A DNA stretch of 42,640 nt from Candidatus Binatia bacterium (lineage in GTDB: Bacteria; Desulfobacterota; Binatia; UBA9968), in NCBI GenBank assembly GCA_050735075.1, contig JBOHVJ010000474.1:1-42640 (forward strand). The letters run 5' to 3'. The notes under the pieces are model-generated. The model had not been told where the DNA came from. It saw only the letters and a program-made list of their open reading frames with translations, and made no database searches. Position 1 is the stretch's first letter; the number at the start of each line of letters is the position of its first letter. Shown piece after piece: positions 23,596-33,276 of this stretch. The position numbers and the translations under genes are program-made.

Positions 23596-23601
23596 AATTC
23601 C

Positions 23602-26600
23602 TCACAATCCCAAGTAATGGCGGTCCCATAGCCGGACGGGAGTTCCCGGCATCAAAGCCTTAGAGAAACCGTTCTGCCGGCGGGAGACGGTAAACGTTTG
23701 GGTACTCCCGACCCCGCTTACTGCTGTCAAGTTTATCTTCTCTCCCCCGATTTCAATGACCACGGCGGGAGAATAAGTTCCCGCCGCAGTCGAGGCAAGG
23801 GGGTAATCTCCACGAAACTCCAGGTCATCAATATAAACTGCATCTTCTCCAGCGGACACGGATGTATCTTTGATATATCGAAATGTGAGCACCTGCCCTG
23901 GAGTTACCGCGTATACCGCCGATTGGGTCCATGCGGTTTCACCGGAAGCTTGAAATTGTTGAACTCCATTTATCAAGAAACGGAAGAAGTCAAAAGTGGA
24001 TTCCGAACTTGTTCGATACCAAAACCGTACTTGCTGTATTTTTTTAGGAATTGTCACCTCAAAATCAGAGGTCTGACTGTGCGTGATAGCGCCAGACCGC
24101 AAACACCACACACCCGAATGAGGCGTGACAAGGGAGCGGCGCCATGGCAGATTGCCGGCTGCCTCTGTCTCAAAATCGTATGCTGCTTTCTCGAAGCCCT
24201 CGAAGATTCCCCGGATTACAGAAAGACTAGTCTCATCAGCCCGGAAGATTTTATCGCCAACTATTGTGGCACTGACCAGGGCGGGACTGAAGGTCAATGT
24301 GGTAGTTCCAGCCAGACTGCTCTTTGCTGTGATCTGAAACTCTGACACTGGGGCGAGTACATCGTCAGAGATCCTCAACAGGCCGTCATCATCTGATAAC
24401 TGAATTCGGTCGTTCACTGCAAAATTAATAGCTTCAGCATCTGGAATTTTAATTGTTGTCACAGTGCCGGTGGTGTTGGCGGTACCCATGAACGGCATTG
24501 CTGCAATCTGCATTCCATCAGATGCCACCCGATCACTGTTTGGCTCATCCAGTGTCAGGATGTGGTAGACATCGGGCAGTCCGTTAATGGTAACAGTCCA
24601 TGACTTCTGGTCGAACCGCTCATTGTAGCCAGCAAGCAACTGGTGTGCTGCATCAGAAGTAACGTCGGTAGGCAGGTTACTCAATATGATGTGATGCCCG
24701 GGATCACTGTCTAACATGAGTACAGCATCAGCGGTGTTGTTCTTCAGATCGACTTCCCTGGCAATATCATATGCGATTCTTGGGTAACGGATATCATCAA
24801 AGGTTCCTAAATGCAATCGATATCCTGTTTGGTCACGTAACTGGTCGTCTTGCTCCAAACTCAAATCTACTCGCTCATTATATGTTCCTCTACCGTTGGG
24901 CGGAGCCTGCACCGACAATGGGCCGCTTTCTTTGGCCAAACGGTATGACGATCCGTTCTTCCGGTTGACAGTAATATCGTTATGAACAAGTAAGTCGTCC
25001 GGATTAGGAACAAATTCATCCGCTACCTCCCCCAGAAAGTAGTCAATCGTTAGTGCACTTCCGGTGTTATACAGACTCTTTCGGTTTCGGTAGGTTATTC
25101 CACACTCGTATTTTGTGGAGTAGAGAAACCCACCGTCAGTTTCCATGGACTCCGAAAGAAGCGTAATCAGGGTATTAGCTCGCTGCTGCCCTATCAGTTC
25201 TGTATCAGCCATATCCCCGATGCCTACAAAGAGAATTCCTTCTTCCTCCAGTAGACGCTTGATACGTTCCCCTGACCTCTCCCCGGACCAGGCCTCAAGA
25301 GCTCTCTGCGTATTCGTATAAACGCTGATATCGTTGGCTACCGAGATATGCCCAAATGTTACAGCAGTGAGATCTCGATTATGGCCGACCCACAAAGTAC
25401 GAAAGATACCGATAGTTCTGCCAGCCAATGTTCCTGTGTCCTCGGCAGCAGTCGATGTGCCGTCATCATTCAGTTCCCGATGACCTATCTGCCAGTCAAT
25501 GTTCGCCCCGTTCTGCGTTAACTCAATCTTTAGTTCAAAGCTCTTTCCGACAAGATTAAGCACAGGAAATCCACTAGATAAAATATTAGTGTCGTCACTG
25601 TCTGCTGCGCGTAACTCTATTGATCCGGACGTATTCATTGCTACTGTCCACTTTGCCGCCGTACCAGTTGCTACAAGAAGACAGAGCGATCGTGTTGTAC
25701 TAAAAGCCTCCGGTACTCTCACCAGCATTCGTACAATAGTTTTGTTGTTAGTCGCGGGGGTATACGAAAGTACTGTCCCCCGGAACCCTGCACTATTCAT
25801 GACGGGTAATGAATCACTAGCGAAAATATTAGTATTAGATGCCAGGTCGGGAGTGCCACTGATGGTCATCGGTGGGTGTCCCGCCAAGGCCGAAGCAATT
25901 GTAGTGGACCCTTCATCATCCTCACAAGGCCAGTAAGCGAGCGGCAGGGGACGCTCAGAGGATGTGAGTTCACGGTAGTAAGCAGATTTCGATGGAAGAT
26001 TATTACTATTAATTCGACGGAATATAGAACCAGTTTCAATTACCGCATATCTGTCATTCCCTGACGTATCACGTTTTATCTGAAAACTGGCAATCTCATG
26101 ACAGAAACGATATCTACGTTTAGTAATTTTAGCACCAAACGTTGTGTCGATAGTCCATGGTTTGCCTGTGCCATCATTAAAACTGGTCGCACCAACTGCC
26201 TGATTGAAATCCGGATTGGCAACTACGGTTCCCGCGATCCCACTTCTTAGCTCAAAAGAATGCCAGTGTGCTTGGGCCGCATCATGCCCGGAAATATTGG
26301 CCCTTCCGCCCACCCACAATGGTGAACTAGATGAAAATATGGAGGTTGTACCTGCGGTGGTTATCGGTGTACCCAACTGATCCCAGGTCACGCCGTCCAT
26401 TGACGTATAGAAGGTGGCAACATGTTGTGACGCTCCATTGTCCACATCCAGAGTCACACGAGCCCACTTAGCAGACCACCATTTCCACGGGGAGGTAGAG
26501 ATTCGACTTCTGATACCCGCGAAAGTTCCATCTGTGGACCAGACGAAACCCAAACTTCCTGTTGATTCAACACGGAACTGCCATGATCTCTGATTAGATG

Positions 26601-27033
26601 CAGTTGCGTACTTATTAGCCAGAGTCACGCTATTCGAGGACCAGGCTAAGACATCTACCTCGCACCGGATGTCAATGTCCCCTGTGATGTCCAACGCAAC
26701 AGCATCAGGAGTTGTCGCTGAGCCATGTGCAACGGTGCTGCCCTCTGGGCGTCTCTCAGTCCACAAATAACTGTCGCCCAGCACTACACTCACTCTGGTA
26801 GGGCTATTCTCCGCCAGCTTTCTGTGCCAAATCCCGCGTGGATTCTGTGGGGTATATTTACCACTTCGGTTGTTTACAGTATACTGCGCCGTCTCTGTGG
26901 CAATATGGAAACGCTGAGACTCACTACTTACACCGCGAGAGGACAAAACAACTCCGTCCCGCCAATACACATCTGAAGTATTGTCTATCCATATGTCATC
27001 AATTAATACTTCACTAGTGATATCGAATGTCAC
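23602..27033 (-). CDS. large tail tip protein (Dit-like N-terminus, LamG-like insertion, Tal/fibre-like remainder)
   Basis: 1143 aa, immediately downstream of the tape measure gene. The N-terminus MTFDITSEVLIDDIWID...YTVNNRSGKYTP resembles siphovirus distal tail proteins. A LamG-like block follows (SWQFRVESTGSLGFVWSTDG...ATFYTSMDGVTW). Domain calls are inferred. Confidence 0.85.
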   Translation of the reverse strand: MTFDITSEVLIDDIWIDNTSDVYWRDGVVLSSRGVSSESQRFHIATETAQYTVNNRSGKYTPQNPRGIWHRKLAENSPTRVSVVLGDSYLWTERRPEGSTVAHGSATTPDAVALDITGDIDIRCEVDVLAWSSNSVTLANKYATASNQRSWQFRVESTGSLGFVWSTDGTFAGIRSRISTSPWKWWSAKWARVTLDVDNGASQHVATFYTSMDGVTWDQLGTPITTAGTTSIFSSSSPLWVGGRANISGHDAAQAHWHSFELRSGIAGTVVANPDFNQAVGATSFNDGTGKPWTIDTTFGAKITKRRYRFCHEIASFQIKRDTSGNDRYAVIETGSIFRRINSNNLPSKSAYYRELTSSERPLPLAYWPCEDDEGSTTIASALAGHPPMTISGTPDLASNTNIFASDSLPVMNSAGFRGTVLSYTPATNNKTIVRMLVRVPEAFSTTRSLCLLVATGTAAKWTVAMNTSGSIELRAADSDDTNILSSGFPVLNLVGKSFELKIELTQNGANIDWQIGHRELNDDGTSTAAEDTGTLAGRTIGIFRTLWVGHNRDLTAVTFGHISVANDISVYTNTQRALEAWSGERSGERIKRLLEEEGILFVGIGDMADTELIGQQRANTLITLLSESMETDGGFLYSTKYECGITYRNRKSLYNTGSALTIDYFLGEVADEFVPNPDDLLVHNDITVNRKNGSSYRLAKESGPLSVQAPPNGRGTYNERVDLSLEQDDQLRDQTGYRLHLGTFDDIRYPRIAYDIAREVDLKNNTADAVLMLDSDPGHHIILSNLPTDVTSDAAHQLLAGYNERFDQKSWTVTINGLPDVYHILTLDEPNSDRVASDGMQIAAMPFMGTANTTGTVTTIKIPDAEAINFAVNDRIQLSDDDGLLRISDDVLAPVSEFQITAKSSLAGTTTLTFSPALVSATIVGDKIFRADETSLSVIRGIFEGFEKAAYDFETEAAGNLPWRRSLVTPHSGVWCLRSGAITHSQTSDFEVTIPKKIQQVRFWYRTSSESTFDFFRFLINGVQQFQASGETAWTQSAVYAVTPGQVLTFRYIKDTSVSAGEDAVYIDDLEFRGDYPLASTAAGTYSPAVVIEIGGEKINLTAVSGVGSTQTFTVSRRQNGFSKALMPGTPVRLWDRHYLGL

Positions 27034-27072
27034 GACCCCAACCTCCTTTCTCGGTACCGCTAATCCGCACCA

Positions 27073-28860
27073 TTAGCTTCCTAGCGATACCTGAACATTT
27101 CCACCATCAATACGAATTTGATTTCTCAAGTAATCAAGCAACCAGGCCGGCAGCCCTCTGAAGTCCAACTGCACCTTGGCTACTCCACCTCCGGCACCGG
27201 TAGAGAGCATGTTTTTGGTGGTGCCGGCCGGAATCACCGTGGAACCAAACGGTAGCCTCACCAGTTCTGGTCCCCTCTCACCTACCAGACCAAAAGCACT
27301 ACCTGAGTTACCTCCATGTTGGAAAGCACCAATACCACCGATATTCCCGCCCTGGGCTGCGAAGAAACCGCCCCTACCCGTGATACCTGCAACCCGGATA
27401 CCCCGCTCTTCATAGAGGACTATAACTTTCGCTCTGTAAGTTCTGGCAGCAAGCAGCCTTAGTCTCACCCGGAGACGATCAGCCGCTGCTGCGGCCCGTG
27501 CAAGCTGCCGTTCCAAAGCCCTAATTTGACTTTCGGTCATGCCGGCAGCACGTAATGCGGCCCGCTGGGCGGAGGTCAGCTTGCCCGTACCCGTACCAGC
27601 CTTTAGTGAAGCGGCGTTAAGACCTAAGGTAGCCAAGGTAAGATCTTCCAAGGCTTCCTTAGCTTCTCGTGAATTTGCACCGTGCTTCTTGACAGCCTTG
27701 CTGTACGCCTTCTGCGCATCGGTGACTTCACGTTGTGCCTTAGCAAACGCAAATTGCGGATCAATTGCCGCCCTCATTGTGTCTATGAATGCCGTAACAC
27801 TTTGGGCTGCTTCCCTGGCAGCGTGGGCAGCCTCACCTAGTCCCTCCTTGAGATCTAAAAGGACCTTCCTTTGTCCCGTCTCCCCTAAACGTGATATTGC
27901 ATCGAAAAGAAATAGTACAGGGGCGAATCCGGCTGCCAAAGATATGAGGAGCACATTTATAGCAGCACCAAACCCCGGGATCTTCTCAAAAAATCCAGCA
28001 ATCTTGTTCAATCCAGCAGACAGATCAAGGGTGAATGTGATCATGTTCTTTACCCAACCGAGGACCATCACGAAAGTCTCAGGGTTGTCCTTAATACTGT
28101 TTGCAACTCCTGTGATGGAGTTAGCGAGGTCCTCCATCATTCCAGGAAACTGGTCTCCCAGAGAATCCACAATAGCCCTAAAAGCGTCCCCAAGCGGCTG
28201 AAGTGCTGGCGCGAATCGCTCAAGTGACTTACCTATGATGTCAAAAAACTTCGTCATGGTAGGGCCTAGATCTTTGAAAGTATCCTCAAGATCAGGCTTT
28301 AGTGCTCTGAAAGTGCGACGAATGAAACCAGTAGCCCGTTGTAACGTATCCTCGAAAGGCTCAGAGATGGTGCGCATCTCTTTGCCCAATTCTTTGAATA
28401 CTTTACCCCACTCTTTTTTAATCGCTTCACTCTTGGCGGCAAAAATTATGCCAATTGTGGCGAGACCAGCACCAAGTCCGAAGGCTACAGCTCCGGCAAT
28501 AGCCCCACCAATGACAGGCAGAATGGCTACTACGCCAGCTAGAACTGCGAGGCCCACAGCAGTGGCTACAGCAGGATTGCGCGCCAAACTACGCGCCATA
28601 GCGTTACCAAAGTCAGCAGCGACTCTTGCTGCCGACGCTACCATTCCCCCAAATCCCTCTACAAAACTGCGACCAAAGGATTTGCCTGACCCCCTGCCCC
28701 CGCCCCGAATTTTTCTACGCACATGCGTGGTAAATTCCTCACCGAAGTGCCTCCCCGCATCCTGGCCTAGGTGCGCGTAATCCCGCTTAATGTCCCTTGC
28801 TATATCATTCAGGTTTCCCCGCCTGTGGACTACAACATGGATCTCGACCTCATTCGCCAT
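27073..28860 (-). CDS. tape measure protein
   Basis: 595 aa, Ala/Gly-rich, with long hydrophobic stretches (AVATAVGLAVLAGVVAILPVIGGAIAGAVAFGLGAGLATIGIIFAA). It lies directly downstream of the G/GT chaperone pair. Confidence 0.85.
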   Translation of the reverse strand: MANEVEIHVVVHRRGNLNDIARDIKRDYAHLGQDAGRHFGEEFTTHVRRKIRGGGRGSGKSFGRSFVEGFGGMVASAARVAADFGNAMARSLARNPAVATAVGLAVLAGVVAILPVIGGAIAGAVAFGLGAGLATIGIIFAAKSEAIKKEWGKVFKELGKEMRTISEPFEDTLQRATGFIRRTFRALKPDLEDTFKDLGPTMTKFFDIIGKSLERFAPALQPLGDAFRAIVDSLGDQFPGMMEDLANSITGVANSIKDNPETFVMVLGWVKNMITFTLDLSAGLNKIAGFFEKIPGFGAAINVLLISLAAGFAPVLFLFDAISRLGETGQRKVLLDLKEGLGEAAHAAREAAQSVTAFIDTMRAAIDPQFAFAKAQREVTDAQKAYSKAVKKHGANSREAKEALEDLTLATLGLNAASLKAGTGTGKLTSAQRAALRAAGMTESQIRALERQLARAAAAADRLRVRLRLLAARTYRAKVIVLYEERGIRVAGITGRGGFFAAQGGNIGGIGAFQHGGNSGSAFGLVGERGPELVRLPFGSTVIPAGTTKNMLSTGAGGGVAKVQLDFRGLPAWLLDYLRNQIRIDGGNVQVSLGS

Positions 28861-29400
28861 CTAGGTTTTCCTCCTCTCTATACCCCAATGCGTGGATCTT
28901 CACCAGACGAATTAATGTTGCATCTTCATCCATGAGTTGACTTGGCAGACAGTGGAACCTTTCACATAATCCAAGAACCCACTCAACATGCTCTAACTCA
29001 CTAGGCTTTTCGACAACGTTTCCATCGGAATCAACTCCTCCTCCAACTGCCTTCCAGAGTCGGAGCTGCTCGGCAAAGGGGTATCAACTCCAAACAGCGA
29101 TACCCTGTACGCATCCAGAATGTCGCGAACAAACACCAAATCCTGTTCTAAAAGACCTTCAAACGTGGCGGGTATCGGGGTTTGGTCCTCCTGTACCAGA
29201 TTCCAACTAATCAGCTTGGAAGCCACTCGTTTGATCACGTTCTCAAACGCTTCTGAATTGTCGTCGCCGGTATCCCGGACCTGCGAATCTAAGTCCAGAA
29301 AGTCTCCCAGAGGCATTGATTTCATACGGATTTCCAGTCCCTCGTACTCCTCACCACTGAAAATCAATTTCACAACAGGAGCTTTACGAACGTAGCCCAT
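28850..29400 (-). CDS. tail assembly chaperone GT-like -1 frameshift product
   Basis: The -1 frame is open from just upstream of the heptamer C CCT TTG (minus strand, 29074-29080) to the TGA at 28850-28852, 8 nt inside the tape measure gene. The extension reads ..AEQLRLWKAVGGGVDSDGNVVEKPSELEHVEWVLGLCERFHCLPSQLMDEDATLIRLVKIHALGYREEENLDGE. The exact slip site is not proven. Confidence 0.55.
28993..29400 (-). CDS. tail assembly chaperone (G-like)
   Basis: 135 aa, acidic, located between the tube genes and the tape measure gene. The downstream -1 frame is open up to the tape measure start. Confidence 0.75.
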   Translation of the reverse strand: MGYVRKAPVVKLIFSGEEYEGLEIRMKSMPLGDFLDLDSQVRDTGDDNSEAFENVIKRVASKLISWNLVQEDQTPIPATFEGLLEQDLVFVRDILDAYRVSLFGVDTPLPSSSDSGRQLEEELIPMETLSKSLVS

Positions 29401-29426
29401 TTTTCCGTCTCTCCTTTGTTGTTAGC

Positions 29427-29834
29427 CTAACTCCACGTCGGCACAGTGCCGTCCGAAAGTACACCAGGGGCGGACCACGTAAGTGATCCATCCTGGTTTC
29501 GCGTCAGCGAATAGTCGGTGTAAAGCACTTCATTCGCCAGGGTCTGCCCAGACACAACAAGCGTTGTAGTGCGCGCTACAGATGTGCTCGGTACCGTCTT
29601 GAAAACCACGTGGCTAGCGCCCACAGCATCATTGAACACGCCGTTCAGTGTGATGCTGAAGTCCGCCAGAAGCAGCAGCCGCTCCATAGCTGACTTATCA
29701 ACGCCAGTCACATCCTGAACTCCACGCGGTGTAGCAAACTGAAAGTTAGTCACATCATTCTTGATAGCCTGAACAGCTCCGGCTGAATCATCAACCGAAA
29801 GCGTGGTCCACCCCATCCCAGTCTCTTTCGCCAT
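29427..29834 (-). CDS. tail-tube paralog (135 aa)
   Basis: It shares MAK(E/Q)TGMG, QDVTG(V/I)(D/N)K(S/E)A(M/I)ERL.LL.D and FNDA.G..H with the N-terminal half of the 247-aa tube protein. Confidence 0.7.
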   Translation of the reverse strand: MAKETGMGWTTLSVDDSAGAVQAIKNDVTNFQFATPRGVQDVTGVDKSAMERLLLLADFSITLNGVFNDAVGASHVVFKTVPSTSVARTTTLVVSGQTLANEVLYTDYSLTRNQDGSLTWSAPGVLSDGTVPTWS

Positions 29835-29840
29835 TTACGT

Positions 29841-30290
29841 TCATCCCCTCTCGTACTGAGTCTTTACTTGATCCTGATTATTCTTGAAGTCGTCAATCCA
29901 GTCTTCGGGGCTTTTATGTTGTCTGACGTTTCCTGTTGGATTGCCCCGCCAGTCTCCGTCTCTTACCACGTACAACTCCGGCCGATCCACCCTAACCCTG
30001 TGTTCTGTCCTCCTGAAGCAGTCTTGTCCCGGCTCAAATAGAAACTCCGTCATACTAGCATGACGGTGTTCCTTGTATTTTCTATCAGACTGGTTACGGA
30101 TGTAATATGCCTGCGCCTTACCTTGCTCCATAGACTCGTCCACTGTGGTCTTCCATCCATTCTGGTACGCAGGACATCCATATTCCCGACAATTGACCCG
30201 CCGCCAGTGTGTGCTCTTCGGGGCTGCCACGCTGTACGTCTTCATGTGGCGGATATCTAACTCTGGCTGAATTCTGTTTACTGGTCGCAT
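29841..30290 (-). CDS. hypothetical basic Cys/His-containing protein (149 aa)
   Basis: ORF-track ORF inserted between the two tube paralogs. Contains VNCREYGCPAY. No family recognised. Confidence 0.7.
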   Translation of the reverse strand: MRPVNRIQPELDIRHMKTYSVAAPKSTHWRRVNCREYGCPAYQNGWKTTVDESMEQGKAQAYYIRNQSDRKYKEHRHASMTEFLFEPGQDCFRRTEHRVRVDRPELYVVRDGDWRGNPTGNVRQHKSPEDWIDDFKNNQDQVKTQYERG

Positions 30291-31034
30291 CTAGAACACC
30301 ACCGAAGTCGTATTCTTAACCACCATTACAGCGAACACCAAGTTAGAGAAAGTTCCAGTTGTCACCACTCGGAGCCAACGTTCCACAGTCAAGGTTCTAG
30401 ACGTTTCAATCCTCTCCTTGGTGGATGCGGTCACAGTGGTGAAACCGCCGCCAGTTACATCGGCGTACGGGTCAACAGCCGCGTCGTCGCTGGACTCCTG
30501 CAATTTGATTGTGGCGGAAGTTCCAGTAAATGCGAACACATGCAGGTATGCCTGGAGACCGAACAGGCTGGAGGCACTAAAATCCACCCCTGTACCGTTT
30601 GTTGCCGCCGAATCAGTGCGCTTGCCGGCCGTGAGCTGTTCTCCCCACTCCAGCCCGAAGGTATTCGCCTGACCCTCCGAGTTGAACAGCAGCGACCCAT
30701 CGTTGTTCCGGTTACCGTCATAGTTCAACTGCTTGGCGTTCAGGCTCGCAGCAGGCTTCCCCAGCGTTGTACTCCGGCAGTAGGTCATGATTCGGTCGGT
30801 AGTTGGTAGCGTACGCAAGTTGAGGTGTGCCTGTCCTGTGGCGTCGTTGAAGTATGCAACAAACGCCATGCCACCGTCACGCAGAAGCCCTAGCCGTTCT
30901 ATAGCTTCTTTGTTGATTCCCGTGACATCCTGTGTATTGATTCCACCGCCGATCCGGCTAAAGCTGTTGATATCTCCTGACAGGTCAACTCCATCCACAT
31001 AGAAGTTGTCCCCCATCCCAGTCTGCTTAGCCAT
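30291..31034 (-). CDS. major tail (tube) protein
   Basis: 247 aa, in the position expected between connector genes and chaperones. Its N-terminal half is paralogous to 29427-29834. Confidence 0.78.
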   Translation of the reverse strand: MAKQTGMGDNFYVDGVDLSGDINSFSRIGGGINTQDVTGINKEAIERLGLLRDGGMAFVAYFNDATGQAHLNLRTLPTTDRIMTYCRSTTLGKPAASLNAKQLNYDGNRNNDGSLLFNSEGQANTFGLEWGEQLTAGKRTDSAATNGTGVDFSASSLFGLQAYLHVFAFTGTSATIKLQESSDDAAVDPYADVTGGGFTTVTASTKERIETSRTLTVERWLRVVTTGTFSNLVFAVMVVKNTTSVVF

Positions 31035-31318
31035 CAGGGATGCCTCCTGACATGTTCATCTCTCCACACCTTAAGGCCATCGGTCTTGAATTCCAGCACG
31101 CCAATTCTGGTAGTATTATCGTTAACTGTATCGGTAAGTGATGAATGAATCTCCTCCGTCATAGTCGCCATTGTCTTGCCGTTGGATGGCCTAACCTGTC
31201 TAGCCACCTCTACAACCCACTTTTTTACAGCCAAATACCCACCCACAGAAAATGCTATCAACATGAAAATGTTGACAACAATTCCCACAAATACTGCTGC
31301 TTGCTCTAGGCTATTCAT
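31034..31318 (-). CDS. membrane protein (94 aa) inside the tail module
   Basis: ORF-track 31034-31333 trimmed to the ATG at 31318, which overlaps the upstream stop (ATGA). TM segment AAVFVGIVVNIFMLIAFSVGGYLAV. Confidence 0.6.
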   Translation of the reverse strand: MNSLEQAAVFVGIVVNIFMLIAFSVGGYLAVKKWVVEVARQVRPSNGKTMATMTEEIHSSLTDTVNDNTTRIGVLEFKTDGLKVWRDEHVRRHP

Positions 31319-31773
31319 TCTGCCTGCACCCATGCGTCGTTAATGACAATTGGAATGTCGACGGTCATAACTCGGAAGATCAATTCCGATGAGTTCACAT
31401 ATCCAGACTCCGACTTTAAACCCTGACTGACATGTCCCAACAAATCCACATAGGCAACTGAACCGTCCAATGTGAAGTCACCAGTGAAAGCCCCCATCAC
31501 TGCGAATACAGCCTGGGCAACTTCAGGATCGATTTCATCCTTTGGTTCTGTCATTCCACTTTCGTAAAATCGTAAATTGAAAAGAAAGAGAGCGCTTGTG
31601 GCCGCCAGCCCTGAATGCGGTGGAACAGGACGGATGCTGTCAAGCCACAAAGCAGCGGAAATGCCATCTCCCGGTGCGTTGTCCGGCTCATGCATCCTGG
31701 CTTCCTCCACATAGCCCGAAGCCATGACATGGGACCTGACCGTCTCGAAGAGTTTAAGAACGTCAACGCTCAC
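31315..31773 (-). CDS. head-tail connector / tail terminator-like protein (152 aa)
   Basis: Positional call, between the gp10-like neck protein and the tube gene. Coupled starts and stops. Confidence 0.65.
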   Translation of the reverse strand: MSVDVLKLFETVRSHVMASGYVEEARMHEPDNAPGDGISAALWLDSIRPVPPHSGLAATSALFLFNLRFYESGMTEPKDEIDPEVAQAVFAVMGAFTGDFTLDGSVAYVDLLGHVSQGLKSESGYVNSSELIFRVMTVDIPIVINDAWVQAE

Positions 31774-32162
31774 TGCATCCTCCGAACGAACCTGATCGCG
31801 GTGCGGTTGGCAATGCCCTTAGACCGCAACTCAAGCTGAAACGTGGCTTTCTTGTAGGCGTGATATCCCTTGAAGCTACTCGTACGATTATTCTCGTTCA
31901 CACCTTCAAGCCAACGCCCATACAAGACCTTGCTATCATGAATCACGGTCTTTGTGACCACCCTGGTCTTCTGCTGGCGGGACATGTAATAGCCAGGATA
32001 GTAAAGATGTGGCCCGATACCACGAATATTGGCGCGGAGGATAGTTTTTACCAAACTCAAACCCTCATCCGAGACCTCATCTTCAATCGCTCGTTCCATT
32101 CTTTTTGCAGCGATTTCAGACCTACCGTCGAAGATAGGCCCCCTGAACGTCACCCTAGCCAT
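31770..32162 (-). CDS. HK97 gp10-like head-tail joining protein (130 aa)
   Basis: ORF-track 31770-32207 trimmed to the ATG at 32162 (a TGATG junction with the upstream stop). The ..KVLYGRWLEGV.. motif and its size resemble the HK97 gp10 family. Confidence 0.65.
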   Translation of the reverse strand: MARVTFRGPIFDGRSEIAAKRMERAIEDEVSDEGLSLVKTILRANIRGIGPHLYYPGYYMSRQQKTRVVTKTVIHDSKVLYGRWLEGVNENNRTSSFKGYHAYKKATFQLELRSKGIANRTAIRFVRRMQ

Positions 32163-33232
32163 CAGATAGCATCCTTCCGGGATTTGCGCCCGTGAGCGAC
32201 GTAACACTCCTCCATAATGTCCGCCACACCGCGCCCGATGGCATCTCTCTGAGACACGTTACGCAGGTTGTAATTTCTTAAACCCGAAATACGAGCGTAC
32301 CCGGACTGTCCCTGTAGTACGGTTGTGAGAGCCAAAGCAGTACAGTATTCGACAACCAGTGGCGGGAATAGAAACCGCTGTATCGGTGTTGCAGTAGTGT
32401 GCGTGGCAGCCGTACTACCCAGTACTTCGCGCTCAACCACCAGCCGGCGGGGAACATTAACAGCGGTTGACACTGTGTGCGACGCCAGCACTGTTCCATC
32501 CCATGCTCTTTTCACAATCAGACTGTTAGTTGATATCTCAACTATCTTCATTTTTTCGGCATCGATAAGGATTATTTCATCCACAAAGAAAGTAGAACCA
32601 TTAGTAACTTTTACCGTCGTATTGTCCGCTTTGGCGATTAATGCATCAGTCTGCACGGTGTCACCAGATGCAATATACGTTTTACCGATTACGTTCATTC
32701 TTTCACTGTCAACTTTGATAAGGCTGCCTACGCCAATCTCAGAGCTGTCGGTCACGTCGACTTCGGTTTCAACAGCGTCCAGCGCCTCATTGATGGTGCC
32801 TGCCGCTTCCTCATCGTTTTGATAACCGAATAGGCCGGTCATGGTGACATCCCGCTGGTGGGTAGATCCCTGACCGAAGCTGGAGGATTTGTCAGATCGG
32901 AGCCTGAGACGTGTGAAAGGCGGGCCATCCTCGTCCGGCTCCAAGTAGTAATCCGTTGACGGAATTACGGTCGTTCCCGACTTTAGAATGATAAGGCTAA
33001 TCAATTCACGGTTCTCTCCCAGATAGAGGACACCTGACGGAGCAAACTGATCATTAGGCCAGTCCATGAAACGCGTGTCGTCTTCTGGGTAAAAACGACG
33101 GTGCATCTGCCGCTCAAGAGACCGAGCGGCGGTCGAGATGGCGCGATCAATCCGGCGATTGTTACGCGCCGTCTCTTTGAAATCCAGCACCTCTTTCACG
33201 TCTTCCCTTGTGGCGTACCAGATTTGCGTCAT
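32162..33232 (-). CDS. head-tail adaptor with inserted repeat domains (356 aa)
   Basis: The N-terminus MTQIWYATREDVKEVLDFKET..RIDRAISTAARSLE resembles gp6-type head-tail connectors. The central region has an internal duplication (SLIKVDSERMNVIGKT / ILIDAEKMKIVEIST). Confidence 0.7.
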   Translation of the reverse strand: MTQIWYATREDVKEVLDFKETARNNRRIDRAISTAARSLERQMHRRFYPEDDTRFMDWPNDQFAPSGVLYLGENRELISLIILKSGTTVIPSTDYYLEPDEDGPPFTRLRLRSDKSSSFGQGSTHQRDVTMTGLFGYQNDEEAAGTINEALDAVETEVDVTDSSEIGVGSLIKVDSERMNVIGKTYIASGDTVQTDALIAKADNTTVKVTNGSTFFVDEIILIDAEKMKIVEISTNSLIVKRAWDGTVLASHTVSTAVNVPRRLVVEREVLGSTAATHTTATPIQRFLFPPLVVEYCTALALTTVLQGQSGYARISGLRNYNLRNVSQRDAIGRGVADIMEECYVAHGRKSRKDAI

Positions 33233-33276
33233 CGTTTCCTGCCATCTCTCTATTTACGGCTTCGAACTAGCCAGGA

